DNA from: an uncultured bacterium
GTDB taxonomy: Bacteria > Patescibacteriota > Minisyncoccia > Phycocordibacterales > CAIRYW01
DNA: 64,000 bases
Direction: 5' to 3'
Assembly: GCA_903882905.1 (NCBI GenBank)
Contig: CAIRYW010000027.1
Location: 1,031-65,030 of the forward strand
Shown here: positions 8,183-17,448 of the stretch, in pieces
Numbering within the stretch: the first letter of the stretch is position 1
Layout of the letters: each line of letters opens with the position of its first letter
Notes under the pieces: generated by a model
The model's database searches: none
What the model saw: the letters and a program-made list of their open reading frames with translations, nothing else
Told to the model about the DNA's origin: nothing
Made by a program: the position numbers and the translations under genes

Positions 8183-9608
8183 TAATAAAATTGTAAAAAA
8201 AAATAAAGGGCAGGTCGTCATGGTGACCTTAATATTTTTTATTATTATTTCGCTCACACTTATTTCAGGTGGAACCCTGCCGACAGGAAGTCAGGTAAAA
8301 AATTCAAGCGATTTTTTGAAATCAAAACAAAGTTATATTGCCGCTGATGTGGCAAACGATAATGCGTTTTATATGATAAACAAAGGTCACGAAGTTTCAG
8401 TTGGTGCTACTCTTCCATTTTCCTCTGGAGATCTGTCAGATTCAATAGCTATTACAGATTCGGCAAATAAAAAACAAATAATTACGACTGGAAATTCTAC
8501 TTCAAATACTCGGCTTTCAGAAATAGTTTTGTCCCAAAACTTTGGCTTAAATCTTAAATATGCAATTCAAGCTGGAACGGGCGGGCTAACTATGACAAGA
8601 GGGGCTGTGAACGGGGATGTTTATTCAAACGGGAATATTTCTGGGGGAGAGAATTTAACTATTTCAGGTTCAACGACTGTTGCTTATCGAGATTCAACCA
8701 ACGTCGGTAAAATTATAGGAACTTCAAGCGATTTTAATAAGCCACTCAATATTACAGGAAATGCTTGGGCTCATGAAATTGATTTTACAAAAGTTTTGGG
8801 TACTGGTTTTTGTCAGGTAAAAAATTATTTACTTGATTCATCCGGAAATTCTATAAGTTGTGATACTTCAAAGAGCTCCGATCCAACTTCTTTGAATTTT
8901 CCAATTACAGATACAAATATTTCTGATTGGAAAACTGCAGTCTCAAATCAAACGGATATAGTTTCAGATGTTGATACTTATACAGGAGACATAGATGTGG
9001 GTCACACTGGGACAAGTACTTCGATAAAAAAAATATCTGGAAATTTAACTCTAGCTTGCGATAGTGGAAATCCAGCAAACTTTGGAAATCTTTATGTGAC
9101 AGGGAATATTAATGTAAGTAACGGCTGTCTATTTAATGTAGATGCACTCCATGTCGGAGGAAACCTTTCAATTACAGGAGATGGAATTTTAAATTTAGGT
9201 GAGGTGAGTTTTGTTGGCGGAAGTGTAGCACTTTCCGGTTCAGGAAAAATTCAGCTTGATAGTTCTCTTGGAACTAACAGTGGATACATTATTTCTGGAG
9301 GAATTATGGATTTGTCAGGTAGTGGATCGTTAAATGGTTCTGATGTATCTGGAAGTTTTTTGACTCTAATTACAACAAGTTCAAGCGTAAGTACTGTGAA
9401 TGTTTCCAGTGGTGGTTCTGGTGTTGTTATTTTGGCACCAAATGGAGAAGTTAATCTTTCTAATGGTTCGCTAGGCGGAATAGTTGCTAAGACTGTCAAC
9501 ATTGGTGGAGGAGATTTAACTTATGACTCGAATATGGCGAACATAGTTTTTGGAGGAGTTCCTTTTGGAAAGTGGCATATTCTAGATTGGAGTGAAGTTT
9601 TAAATTAA
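8172..9608 (+). CDS. Large PilX-like minor pilin / pilus tip-associated protein with a Gly/Ser/Asn-rich repetitive (beta-helix-like) C-terminal region
   Basis: The N-terminus KGQVVMVTLIFFIIISLTLISG resembles the PilX N-terminal domain. 478 aa with repeated GN.S.TG / GS.SLNGS segments. Confidence 0.5.
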   Translation: MKTDNKIVKKNKGQVVMVTLIFFIIISLTLISGGTLPTGSQVKNSSDFLKSKQSYIAADVANDNAFYMINKGHEVSVGATLPFSSGDLSDSIAITDSANKKQIITTGNSTSNTRLSEIVLSQNFGLNLKYAIQAGTGGLTMTRGAVNGDVYSNGNISGGENLTISGSTTVAYRDSTNVGKIIGTSSDFNKPLNITGNAWAHEIDFTKVLGTGFCQVKNYLLDSSGNSISCDTSKSSDPTSLNFPITDTNISDWKTAVSNQTDIVSDVDTYTGDIDVGHTGTSTSIKKISGNLTLACDSGNPANFGNLYVTGNINVSNGCLFNVDALHVGGNLSITGDGILNLGEVSFVGGSVALSGSGKIQLDSSLGTNSGYIISGGIMDLSGSGSLNGSDVSGSFLTLITTSSSVSTVNVSSGGSGVVILAPNGEVNLSNGSLGGIVAKTVNIGGGDLTYDSNMANIVFGGVPFGKWHILDWSEVLN

Positions 9609-9672
9609 ATTTCTTATATTTTATAAATTAGCTGTCCTAGTTTGAGGTGTGGTTATTTGCTAGAATATCTCT

Positions 9673-10431
9673 ATGAGTAAAAAAATTATTGTTGCTAATT
9701 GGAAGATGAATCCAAAGTCGACAACTGTTGCAAAATCTATTATTGATTCGATTAAAAAGAGTTTTGGACGAGCAAATTTTAAAGGAAAAAAATCTATTGT
9801 CATTTGCCCACCGAGCGCATATCTTGGAATTTTCGAAAAACTTCCAAAAAATATTTCTCTTGGAGTGCAAGATTTGTCTGTTTATTCAGGTGGAGCACTA
9901 ACAGGAGAAGTTGGGGCAGATATGCTTAAATCAGTTGGAGTAAATTTTTGTATAGTTGGACATTCAGAAAGGAGATCTATGGGAGAAACACCAGAAATTA
10001 TTTCAAAAAAAATTAGAAGAGCATTAGAAAATAAAATCACACCTATAATTTGTATTGGTGAAAAAACTCGCGATGGAGACGGGCAATTTTTTATTGATCT
10101 TCGTTCCAATATTGAATCAACGCTTGCAGGTGTTTCAAAAAATGAAGCCTCAAAAATTATTCTTGCTTATGAACCGCTTTGGGCGATTTCAACTGAGGGA
10201 AAGGGAGCTATCACTCCTGAGCTTTTGCGCGAAACTACAATCTTCATCAGAAGAACTTTGTCAGAATTATATGGAAATAAAATAGGAACAAAGATCGCAA
10301 TTCTTTATGGGGGGTCAGTTAATGCAAAAAATTCAAAGGAGATTGTAACGCTTGGAGGGGTAGATGGTTTGCTTGTCGGAAAATCGAGCCTTAATCCAAA
10401 AGAATTTATTCAGATAGTTTTATCGATATAA
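9673..10431 (+). CDS. tpiA: Triosephosphate isomerase
   Basis: IVANWKMN, …GHSERR…, YEPLWAISTEGKG, ILYGGSV signature segments. Confidence 0.9.
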   Translation: MSKKIIVANWKMNPKSTTVAKSIIDSIKKSFGRANFKGKKSIVICPPSAYLGIFEKLPKNISLGVQDLSVYSGGALTGEVGADMLKSVGVNFCIVGHSERRSMGETPEIISKKIRRALENKITPIICIGEKTRDGDGQFFIDLRSNIESTLAGVSKNEASKIILAYEPLWAISTEGKGAITPELLRETTIFIRRTLSELYGNKIGTKIAILYGGSVNAKNSKEIVTLGGVDGLLVGKSSLNPKEFIQIVLSI

Positions 10432-10432
10432 A

Positions 10433-11614
10433 ATGGCCGTTGATTTACCCTCAATAAAAGATGCTAAAGATCTAAAAGGTAAAACAATTTTACTTAGAAC
10501 TGATTTGAATGTGCCAATAAAAGACGGAAAGGTGACAGATCCATTCAGAATAGAAAGGACTCTTGAAACAATAAAATTCTTAAAAGAAAGCGAAGCAAAA
10601 ATAATTTTAATTTCTCATTTAGAAGACGATAAAGGAACATTAGAACCAGTCGCAAAATATTTGGTTGCAACTTTTCCTACATTAGTTTTTGTAAAAGATA
10701 TTTTTGCTCCTTCAACAAAAAAAGAAGTTTCAAGCATGAAAAACGGAGGTGTAATTTTATTTGAAAACCTTCGTAACTGGCCTGGAGAAAAAACAAATGA
10801 TCCAAATTTTGCAAAGCACTTAGCAAGTTATGCAGATGTTTATGTAAACGAAGCTTTTTCGGTAACACATCGTAACCACGCTTCAGTTGTATTACTTCCA
10901 AAGCTTTTGCCTTCATTTATTGGCATTGAATTTGGGAGGGAAATCAAAGAACTTAGTTTAGCGTTTTACCCAGAACATCCTTTTACCTTAATTTTAGGGG
11001 GAGTAAAATTTGATACTAAATTTCCTTTAGTAAAAAAGTTTTTTAATGTCGCAGACAAAATATTTATTGGCGGGGCAATCGCAAATAGTTTTTTTAAACA
11101 TCAAGGTTTTTTTGTGGGGGATTCTGTTGCTTTTGATTCGCCGGAAATAAAAAATCTGGATGAGGCCGTTAAACTCGGAAAAATTATTTTGCCGACCGAC
11201 CTCCGAGTTCAAAGCAAAGGTTTTATAAACGTAAAAAAACCAAATCAAGTTTCTGTTGGAGAAAAAATATGGGATATCGGTCCACAAACAGAAAAAGAAT
11301 TAAAAAAAATTATAGATGACTCAAAATTTATTGTTTGGAATGGCCCTATGGGATATTTTGAAGAAGGGGCAACACTAGGAAATGATGCATGCGCCAAAGC
11401 AATTGGAGAATCAAAAGCTACCTCTATTGTTGGAGGAGGAGACACAATTGCCTCAATTCAAAAACTTGGAATTATGAATAAAATTTATTTCGTCTCAACT
11501 GGTGGTGGAGCAATGCTCGATTTTTTGGCAAACGGAACTCTTCCTGGGATTGTTGCAATTCAGGAAAATCAAAAAGTAGAAAAAGTTTCTTTTTTCAAAA
11601 ATTTTTTTAAATAA
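10433..11614 (+). CDS. pgk: Phosphoglycerate kinase
   Basis: LLRTDLNVP, …NLRNWPGEK…, VGGGDT, FVSTGGGAMLDFL motifs. Confidence 0.9.
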   Translation: MAVDLPSIKDAKDLKGKTILLRTDLNVPIKDGKVTDPFRIERTLETIKFLKESEAKIILISHLEDDKGTLEPVAKYLVATFPTLVFVKDIFAPSTKKEVSSMKNGGVILFENLRNWPGEKTNDPNFAKHLASYADVYVNEAFSVTHRNHASVVLLPKLLPSFIGIEFGREIKELSLAFYPEHPFTLILGGVKFDTKFPLVKKFFNVADKIFIGGAIANSFFKHQGFFVGDSVAFDSPEIKNLDEAVKLGKIILPTDLRVQSKGFINVKKPNQVSVGEKIWDIGPQTEKELKKIIDDSKFIVWNGPMGYFEEGATLGNDACAKAIGESKATSIVGGGDTIASIQKLGIMNKIYFVSTGGGAMLDFLANGTLPGIVAIQENQKVEKVSFFKNFFK

Positions 11615-11615
11615 A

Positions 11616-11642
11616 ACTTGGAGGTTGAACCTCCAAGTGAAT
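11616..11642 (+). terminator. Rho-independent terminator-like hairpin (cttggaggtt gaa cctccaag)
   Basis: Perfect 9-bp stem immediately after the pgk stop. Confidence 0.5.
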
Positions 11643-11743
11643 ATTGACAAAGAAGTTTTTTAGTAGTACTTTTTTACTTGAACTGTTTTCACCTCCATCG
11701 GGACGCAAGCAATAGAAACGCTTGGAGAATCTGATGGAACAAA

Positions 11744-12238
11744 GTGAAAATCTGTTCATTCAACAAAAAAAAGAAAGAGAGAGTTGGCAGAATGAAAAAA
11801 CGTTATCGTGAAGTTATTAAAAGCATCGCGCTGGTTTGTGCATGTCTCTGGTTAGGCAATCTCCTAATCGACACGAGTCTGCATTTGCAAGGAATCAGGT
11901 TCTTCGCTGGGGCTGCTGGAATGGGCTTGCTTGGTACCTTTATCCTGGCGTGTGTGAATGTTGCGCTGGATTACCTGAAGGCAGGCAAGCCAATTGACCT
12001 CCGCTACATGGTGGACGACGGCTACGTCGTGCGCATCCAGTCGGTTGGGCCAATTGAAAGGGATAGGTCCGGCAAAGACATCGTACCTCTGTTGGTTGAG
12101 CTAAAGCCAGGAGTGACGATTTATTGTCGAGTCACTTATACTCAGGATGTTAAATATAAATCTGGTTACTACTATCGTCACTTTAGTAAAGGGGTTTGGA
12201 AAGATACCCTTGTTCCTATCGAGATGAGTAGGAACTGA
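11744..12238 (+). CDS. Hypothetical membrane protein on a GC-rich islet (about 50-55% GC against about 35% background)
   Basis: ORF with 2 predicted TM helices. Its base composition differs markedly from its neighbours. It is flanked by hairpins at 11616 and 12299. Confidence 0.4.
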   Translation: MKICSFNKKKKERVGRMKKRYREVIKSIALVCACLWLGNLLIDTSLHLQGIRFFAGAAGMGLLGTFILACVNVALDYLKAGKPIDLRYMVDDGYVVRIQSVGPIERDRSGKDIVPLLVELKPGVTIYCRVTYTQDVKYKSGYYYRHFSKGVWKDTLVPIEMSRN

Positions 12239-12298
12239 AACAAAATCTCAAAAGCCTAGACACGTCGAATCCGTGAGCTAGGCATTTTTTTATATATA

Positions 12299-12327
12299 TA
12301 ATTCAACTTGGGAGCGAAGCTCCCAAG
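12299..12327. terminator. Bidirectional terminator-like hairpin (aacttgggagc gaa gctcccaagtt)
   Basis: 11-bp perfect stem between convergent genes. Confidence 0.5.
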
Positions 12328-12333
12328 TTGTGT

Positions 12334-12753
12334 TTAATCTTTTAATTCTTCTCTAATTTTTTCGGCAGTGGCAGAAATTTCACCATCATTATATTTTCTC
12401 TGAGGCCAGAGTTTTAATCCATCTTTTTCAAAACGAGGAACAACATGAAAATGAGTGTGAAAAATTACTTGTCCGCCAGCTGGTTCGTTGTTCATACTTA
12501 TGGTTATTCCTTCGGCATCAACTGCATTTTTTATTGCAACGGCTACTTTTTTTGTGACAAGCGAAAGTCTGGCGAGTGTTTCATCCGGGGTTGTATAAAT
12601 ATTTTCAAAATGATCTTTGGGAATTACAAGAGCGTGTCCTGTATTTACAGGATTAATATCCAAAAATGCCAAAGACCAATCGTCCTCGTAGATTTTTTCT
12701 GAAGGTATCTCTCCTGTAATTATTTTGCAAAAAATGCAATCTTTTTCGTTCAT
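12334..12753 (-). CDS. HIT-family (histidine triad) nucleotide hydrolase
   Basis: HTHFHVVPR triad. The likely start is the internal MNEKDCIFCKI…. The N-terminal extension in the ORF track overlaps the recJ start and is probably not translated. Confidence 0.75.
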   Translation of the reverse strand: MNEKDCIFCKIITGEIPSEKIYEDDWSLAFLDINPVNTGHALVIPKDHFENIYTTPDETLARLSLVTKKVAVAIKNAVDAEGITISMNNEPAGGQVIFHTHFHVVPRFEKDGLKLWPQRKYNDGEISATAEKIREELKD

Positions 12754-12785
12754 GTCTACATTATACCAGATGCTATAATTGGCGA

Positions 12786-14516
12786 ATGAAGAAAGAGTAT
12801 TCCGTAAGGAGAGAATTAACACAGGCCGAATCTGATAGTTTTGCTGGAATTTCATCCCTTTTGTCTCATTTGATGTTTCATAGAGGGATTAGTCCTGCTC
12901 AAGCCGGTTTGTTTTTAGAGCCTTCATTTTTGGAAGAAATTCACGATCCGTTCCTTTTGCATGATATGAAAAAAGCAGTAGAAAGGATTATTAAAGCTAT
13001 AAAAGGGAATGAAAAAATTTGTATATATTCAGACTATGACGCAGATGGACTTTCTGGGGCAACAATTTTTCACGATTTTTTTAAAAAAATAAATTTTAGT
13101 AATTTCATCAATCATATTCCAAATAGAAATGAAGAAGGTTTTGGATTACATAAAGATTCAATTGAGGAAATTGCAAAACAGGGTGTGAATTTGATAATTA
13201 CTGTTGATTGCGGAATTGGAGACGTCGAGGAAGCAAAATTCGCAAAAGGTCTCGGAGTAGATTTAATTATTACTGATCATCACGAGCCTGACAAAATTTT
13301 ACCTGATGCATTCGCAATCGTAAATCCAAAAATTTCTCCAAAGTATCCAGAGAAAATGCTCTGTGGAGCAGCTGTTGCTTGGAAAGTTGTTTGTGCAATT
13401 ATTAAAAAAGGAACCTGCCTGCCGGCAGGCAGGTTTGAGTTGCCTCTAGGATTTGAAAAGTGGATTATGGATGTTGTTGGGATCGCAACTCTTTCGGATA
13501 TGGTTCCACTTGTTGGAGAAAATAGAGTCTTGGCAAAATACGGGATGCTCGTTTTGCGAAAGAGCAAAAGAATCGGAATTCAGAAATTGCTTAGGACTTT
13601 AAAGATTGAAATGAAAAACTTAACTGAAGATGACATTGGATTTATGATAACTCCAAGAATAAACGCAGCATCAAGGATGGGAAAATCTATTGATGCGTTT
13701 CACTTACTTACAACAACTTCAGAAGATGAGGCAAAAGAAATTGTTACAGAACTTGAAAAAATAAATAATGAAAGAAAAATAATCAGTGCTCATCTTTCAA
13801 AGGAAGTGCACAAAATGATGGAAGCAAAATATTCTCCATATTTTTCTAACAAAGTTATTGTAGTTGGAAGTCCAGCATGGAAGCCATCTATTCTTGGAAT
13901 TGTTGCAGGTACTCTTGTTGAAAAAGAAAACAAACCAGTTTTTCTTTGGGGCAAAGAAATGGTGACAGAAAAAATTAAAGGTTCTTGTCGAGCGCCACAA
14001 GGAGTAAGTGTCAAAGCAATTATGGAAAATGTAACTGAAGGAATAATCACGGACTTTGGTGGGCACCATATGGCTGGGGGATTTTCACTTTCAAATGAAA
14101 CAGTGCATTTGTTCGAAGATGAAATTGAGAAAGCATACGAAAAATCCGAAAGTGAAACAAGGGAAATCCCAATTACTTTTGTTGATAGAGAAATTGATGT
14201 GGAGCAAGTTGATTTGAGATTGGTAAATGAAATAGAAAAACTTTCTCCTTTTGGTATGGCGAACGAAAAACCTTTGTTTATTTTTAGCGGAGGAGTTTTT
14301 GAAAAGGTAGATTTTTTTGGAAAAGAAAAGAAACATCTAAAAATTTCTTTGAAAGGAAAAAGTGGAAAAACTATAGAAGCAATTTCTTTTTTTACACCAG
14401 AAGATTTGATAAAAAAATCTGAACAAGGAAAAATTTTAAGAGTTGTAGGAAATGTTGAGAAATCTTTTTTTGGTTGGCCAAAGGCAAGAATAAGAATCAT
14501 CGATATTTTAAACTGA
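12786..14516 (+). CDS. recJ: Single-stranded-DNA-specific exonuclease RecJ
   Basis: DHH domain (IITDHHEP), DHHA1 (GGHHMAGG), C-terminal OB region. 576 aa. Confidence 0.85.
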   Translation: MKKEYSVRRELTQAESDSFAGISSLLSHLMFHRGISPAQAGLFLEPSFLEEIHDPFLLHDMKKAVERIIKAIKGNEKICIYSDYDADGLSGATIFHDFFKKINFSNFINHIPNRNEEGFGLHKDSIEEIAKQGVNLIITVDCGIGDVEEAKFAKGLGVDLIITDHHEPDKILPDAFAIVNPKISPKYPEKMLCGAAVAWKVVCAIIKKGTCLPAGRFELPLGFEKWIMDVVGIATLSDMVPLVGENRVLAKYGMLVLRKSKRIGIQKLLRTLKIEMKNLTEDDIGFMITPRINAASRMGKSIDAFHLLTTTSEDEAKEIVTELEKINNERKIISAHLSKEVHKMMEAKYSPYFSNKVIVVGSPAWKPSILGIVAGTLVEKENKPVFLWGKEMVTEKIKGSCRAPQGVSVKAIMENVTEGIITDFGGHHMAGGFSLSNETVHLFEDEIEKAYEKSESETREIPITFVDREIDVEQVDLRLVNEIEKLSPFGMANEKPLFIFSGGVFEKVDFFGKEKKHLKISLKGKSGKTIEAISFFTPEDLIKKSEQGKILRVVGNVEKSFFGWPKARIRIIDILN

Positions 14517-14570
14517 ATCGATTGACATATTTTCCTTCAAGCACATAATTTATTCAGGAGGTTCCATTTC

Positions 14571-14993
14571 ATGATTGACGATATTGACGAGTTTTTTCGC
14601 TTGTCCTTCACCGACCAGCTTTCTCTTGCTATGGATGATGACTATCCTTGTCCTTGGGATAAGATAGAGATTTCCTCAGGGAGCATGTCGAAGGAGGATA
14701 TTTTAAGTCTCAGAAGGGTAGGAGGAACTGATGACTTAATTTTGAATCGCTTGGTAAAAATGTCTATGCTCGCTGAAGGAAATTTGACGATTTATAGGGA
14801 GTGTTGCGAGAAAGGCAAAGACCAAGCAAGCTCAATTGAGTTAGACATTTTGGAGAATCTAGTTGTTTTGAGAATAAGAGAACTCTTCCCAAAGAAGGGG
14901 ATCTCGCTCAGTGAGAAGTATCACTTTAGGGTGAAAAAATATTCTCTGGAAATATTCAAAAAATCTCCAACAGTTTCAACCCCGCCGAAGTAA
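14571..14993 (+). CDS. Hypothetical protein (GC-richer ORF, no recognisable domain)
   Basis: 140-aa ORF with a possible RBS. Its composition is higher in GC than its neighbours. Confidence 0.35.
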   Translation: MIDDIDEFFRLSFTDQLSLAMDDDYPCPWDKIEISSGSMSKEDILSLRRVGGTDDLILNRLVKMSMLAEGNLTIYRECCEKGKDQASSIELDILENLVVLRIRELFPKKGISLSEKYHFRVKKYSLEIFKKSPTVSTPPK

Positions 14994-15031
14994 TTTAGGC
15001 GGATTTTTTTTTATGTAATATAATTTATTTA

Positions 15032-15790
15032 ATGAATAAAATAATTATTTTTAGTGACGGTTCTTCGAGAGGAAATCCTGGTCCGGGGGGGTGGGCAACG
15101 ATTTTGATTTTTCCTGAAAAAAATCAAAATGAGTTTCGAGGTGAGAGTTTCGAGGTGAGAGTTAAAGAACTTGGAGGAGTAGAAAAAAATACAACTAATA
15201 ACAGAATGGAACTTACAGGAGCTATTGAAGCTTTTTCTTTCCTCGCACCTCGCACCTCACACCTCACAACTTCAGTGACTCTTTATTCCGATTCAAGCTA
15301 CGTAATCAAAGGAATTTCTTCTTGGATAAATGGATGGAAGGCAAATGACTGGAGAACAAAAGATAAAAAAGATGTTTCGAATAAAGATTTATGGCAAAAG
15401 TTGGATGAGGCTTCTTCTGGTTTTGACGTTTCATGGAAGCTAGTATCAGGACATGTTGGAGTAGTTGGAAACGAAAGGTGTGATGAGATAGCGACGGCTT
15501 TTGCTACTGGTGAAACACCAAATCTTTTTGATGGAGCAATATCAGAATACAAAATTCCAATTTTGGATTTGAATGCCGATTCTCTAAAAGTTGAAGAGAA
15601 AAAAAATAAATCAAAAAATTCTGGCAAGGCATATTCATATGTAAGTTTTGTGAATGGAGAAATAAAAATTCATAAAACTTGGGGTGAGTGTGAAGCCAGA
15701 GTAAAAGGGAAATCAAATGTCAGATTTAAAAAGTCTCTATCTAAGATCGATGAAGAAAAGATTGTAGAAGAGTTTACAAGGAATAAGTAA
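15032..15790 (+). CDS. rnhA: Ribonuclease HI with C-terminal extension
   Basis: FSDGSSRGNPGPGGWA…TNNRMEL…DSSYVIKGI… catalytic core. The extension is about 100 aa and Lys-rich. Short tandem/inverted repeats lie at 15131-15165 and 15241-15270. Confidence 0.8.
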   Translation: MNKIIIFSDGSSRGNPGPGGWATILIFPEKNQNEFRGESFEVRVKELGGVEKNTTNNRMELTGAIEAFSFLAPRTSHLTTSVTLYSDSSYVIKGISSWINGWKANDWRTKDKKDVSNKDLWQKLDEASSGFDVSWKLVSGHVGVVGNERCDEIATAFATGETPNLFDGAISEYKIPILDLNADSLKVEEKKNKSKNSGKAYSYVSFVNGEIKIHKTWGECEARVKGKSNVRFKKSLSKIDEEKIVEEFTRNK

Positions 15791-15796
15791 TAAGAC

Positions 15797-15841
15797 TTGG
15801 AGGAAAAACCTCCGCAAGAGGAATTACCTCCAAGTCTAAGA
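15797..15841 (+). terminator. Nested hairpin terminator-like element (gacttggagg … cctccaagtc, with inner cctccgcaagagg)
   Basis: Same architecture as the elements at 31178 and 42548. Confidence 0.45.
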
Positions 15842-15857
15842 GAGTAATTTTGAAAAA

Positions 15858-17345
15858 ATGATCGGTAAAATAGTTTGTTTTTTTCTTACAGGATGTTTGT
15901 TGGGAGTATTTATTACTTCCATAAATTTAATCCCTAAATATTTTGGGGTATTTTTTCTTTTGATTTCAGTTTCCTTTCTGGTTTCGGGTATTTTAGAAGA
16001 AAAATTATATAAAAAAGATTCTTTTATCTTATTTCTTATATCCGTTTTCTTTCTCGGTATTTTTGTTGGAGGACTAAGATTTAATGAAGTAGAGAAAAAT
16101 TTTTCTGATTCTGAATTAAATAAATACAATGGCCAGAAAATAATTCTCAGTGGATTTGAAAAAAGAGAACTGAGTTCGTCGGGAGGTAACCAGAGATTTA
16201 TTTTTAAAGCAGATGAAATTGTCACTGAATTTGGTAGAGAAAAAGTTAATTCAGGTTCAAATATTTTATTAGTAGTTCCTGAAAATTTTGAGTATTCATA
16301 CGGTGAAGGTTTAGAAATTCGAGGCAGTTTGAAACCGATTAAAAATTTTGATGATTCTTTTGACTATGCTTCGTATGAAAAAAAAGATGGAGTACTATAT
16401 GAAATTTATTTTCCGCAAATAATAACGGACAACGGATTTACAGGAAATATTTTCTTACAGAAAATTTATTTGGTAAAAAGTTATTTAGAAGAAAATATCA
16501 CGAAATATTTTTTGGAGCCGTACTCGTCTCTACTTGATGGAATGGTTATCGCTGGCAAAGCTGCGTTGCCAAAAAATCTCTCTGATTCTTTTTTACACGC
16601 AGGTATTGTTCATATTGTAGTTTTATCTGGTTACAATATCGCTTTGGTTATTTCATTTGCAACTATAATTTTTTCTGGTATTCACATAAGACGGAGAATT
16701 TTTGTTATCTTTTTTCTCCTAATAGTTTTTTGTTTAATGGCAGGACTTTCGGCTTCAGTTATTCGCGCAGCAATTGCAGCGGTTATAGGATTATCTGGAA
16801 AAATTTTAGGGAGAAAAATTAGGCAGAATAGAGCATTGCTTCTTGGAGCTACTTTAATGGTTTTATGGAATCCATATACATTAGTTTTTGATCCATCTTT
16901 TGCATTAACTTTTCTTGCTACTTTTGCAATTATAAATGTCTCACCTGTTATGGAAGAAAAATTAATTGGAATTACTGAAAGATTTGGAGTGAGAGAAATT
17001 TTAGCTCAAACAATTTCGGCTGAAATTTTAGTGACACCTTATATCCTCTATCAAATGGGAAATTTTTCTGTCTTGGCCCCTGTTACAAATATTTTGGTTT
17101 TGCCAGTTGTACCTTTTATAACTATTGGAGGAATAATTTTGGGAGTGTTTGGTTTTTTGGGATACATTCTTTATCCATTAATTTTAGCTCTGCAATTTTC
17201 ACTTGCTTGGGTTGTGTTTGTGGCGCAAATGATAAATAAAATTCCTGGGAGTTTTGTTTATCTTGCAAATTTCTCGATTTTCTCATGTCTAGCTATATAT
17301 TTTTTAGAATTGGTTTTGTATTTTGTCTTTAGAAAAAAAACTTAA
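15858..17345 (+). CDS. comEC: ComEC/Rec2-family DNA internalisation channel protein (competence domain only, no MBL domain)
   Basis: Multi-TM protein. LHAGIVHIVVLSGYNIALV matches the ComEC competence-domain signature (…SHLLAISGLH…). Confidence 0.7.
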   Translation: MIGKIVCFFLTGCLLGVFITSINLIPKYFGVFFLLISVSFLVSGILEEKLYKKDSFILFLISVFFLGIFVGGLRFNEVEKNFSDSELNKYNGQKIILSGFEKRELSSSGGNQRFIFKADEIVTEFGREKVNSGSNILLVVPENFEYSYGEGLEIRGSLKPIKNFDDSFDYASYEKKDGVLYEIYFPQIITDNGFTGNIFLQKIYLVKSYLEENITKYFLEPYSSLLDGMVIAGKAALPKNLSDSFLHAGIVHIVVLSGYNIALVISFATIIFSGIHIRRRIFVIFFLLIVFCLMAGLSASVIRAAIAAVIGLSGKILGRKIRQNRALLLGATLMVLWNPYTLVFDPSFALTFLATFAIINVSPVMEEKLIGITERFGVREILAQTISAEILVTPYILYQMGNFSVLAPVTNILVLPVVPFITIGGIILGVFGFLGYILYPLILALQFSLAWVVFVAQMINKIPGSFVYLANFSIFSCLAIYFLELVLYFVFRKKT

Positions 17346-17448
17346 TAAGTACTTGAAATATCTTTGGTTAGAAGTATAGTTTAAATTAACAAGGTCTTTG
17401 TCACAGGTATTTTAAACTACCCAAAGACCTTCTACTGGAGGGTTTGCA

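Noticed and set aside
15131-15165. Possible CRISPR-like direct repeat
   Set aside because: There are only two tandem 14-17-nt units with no spacers, inside the rnhA coding frame. This is not a CRISPR array. No cas genes are in the window.
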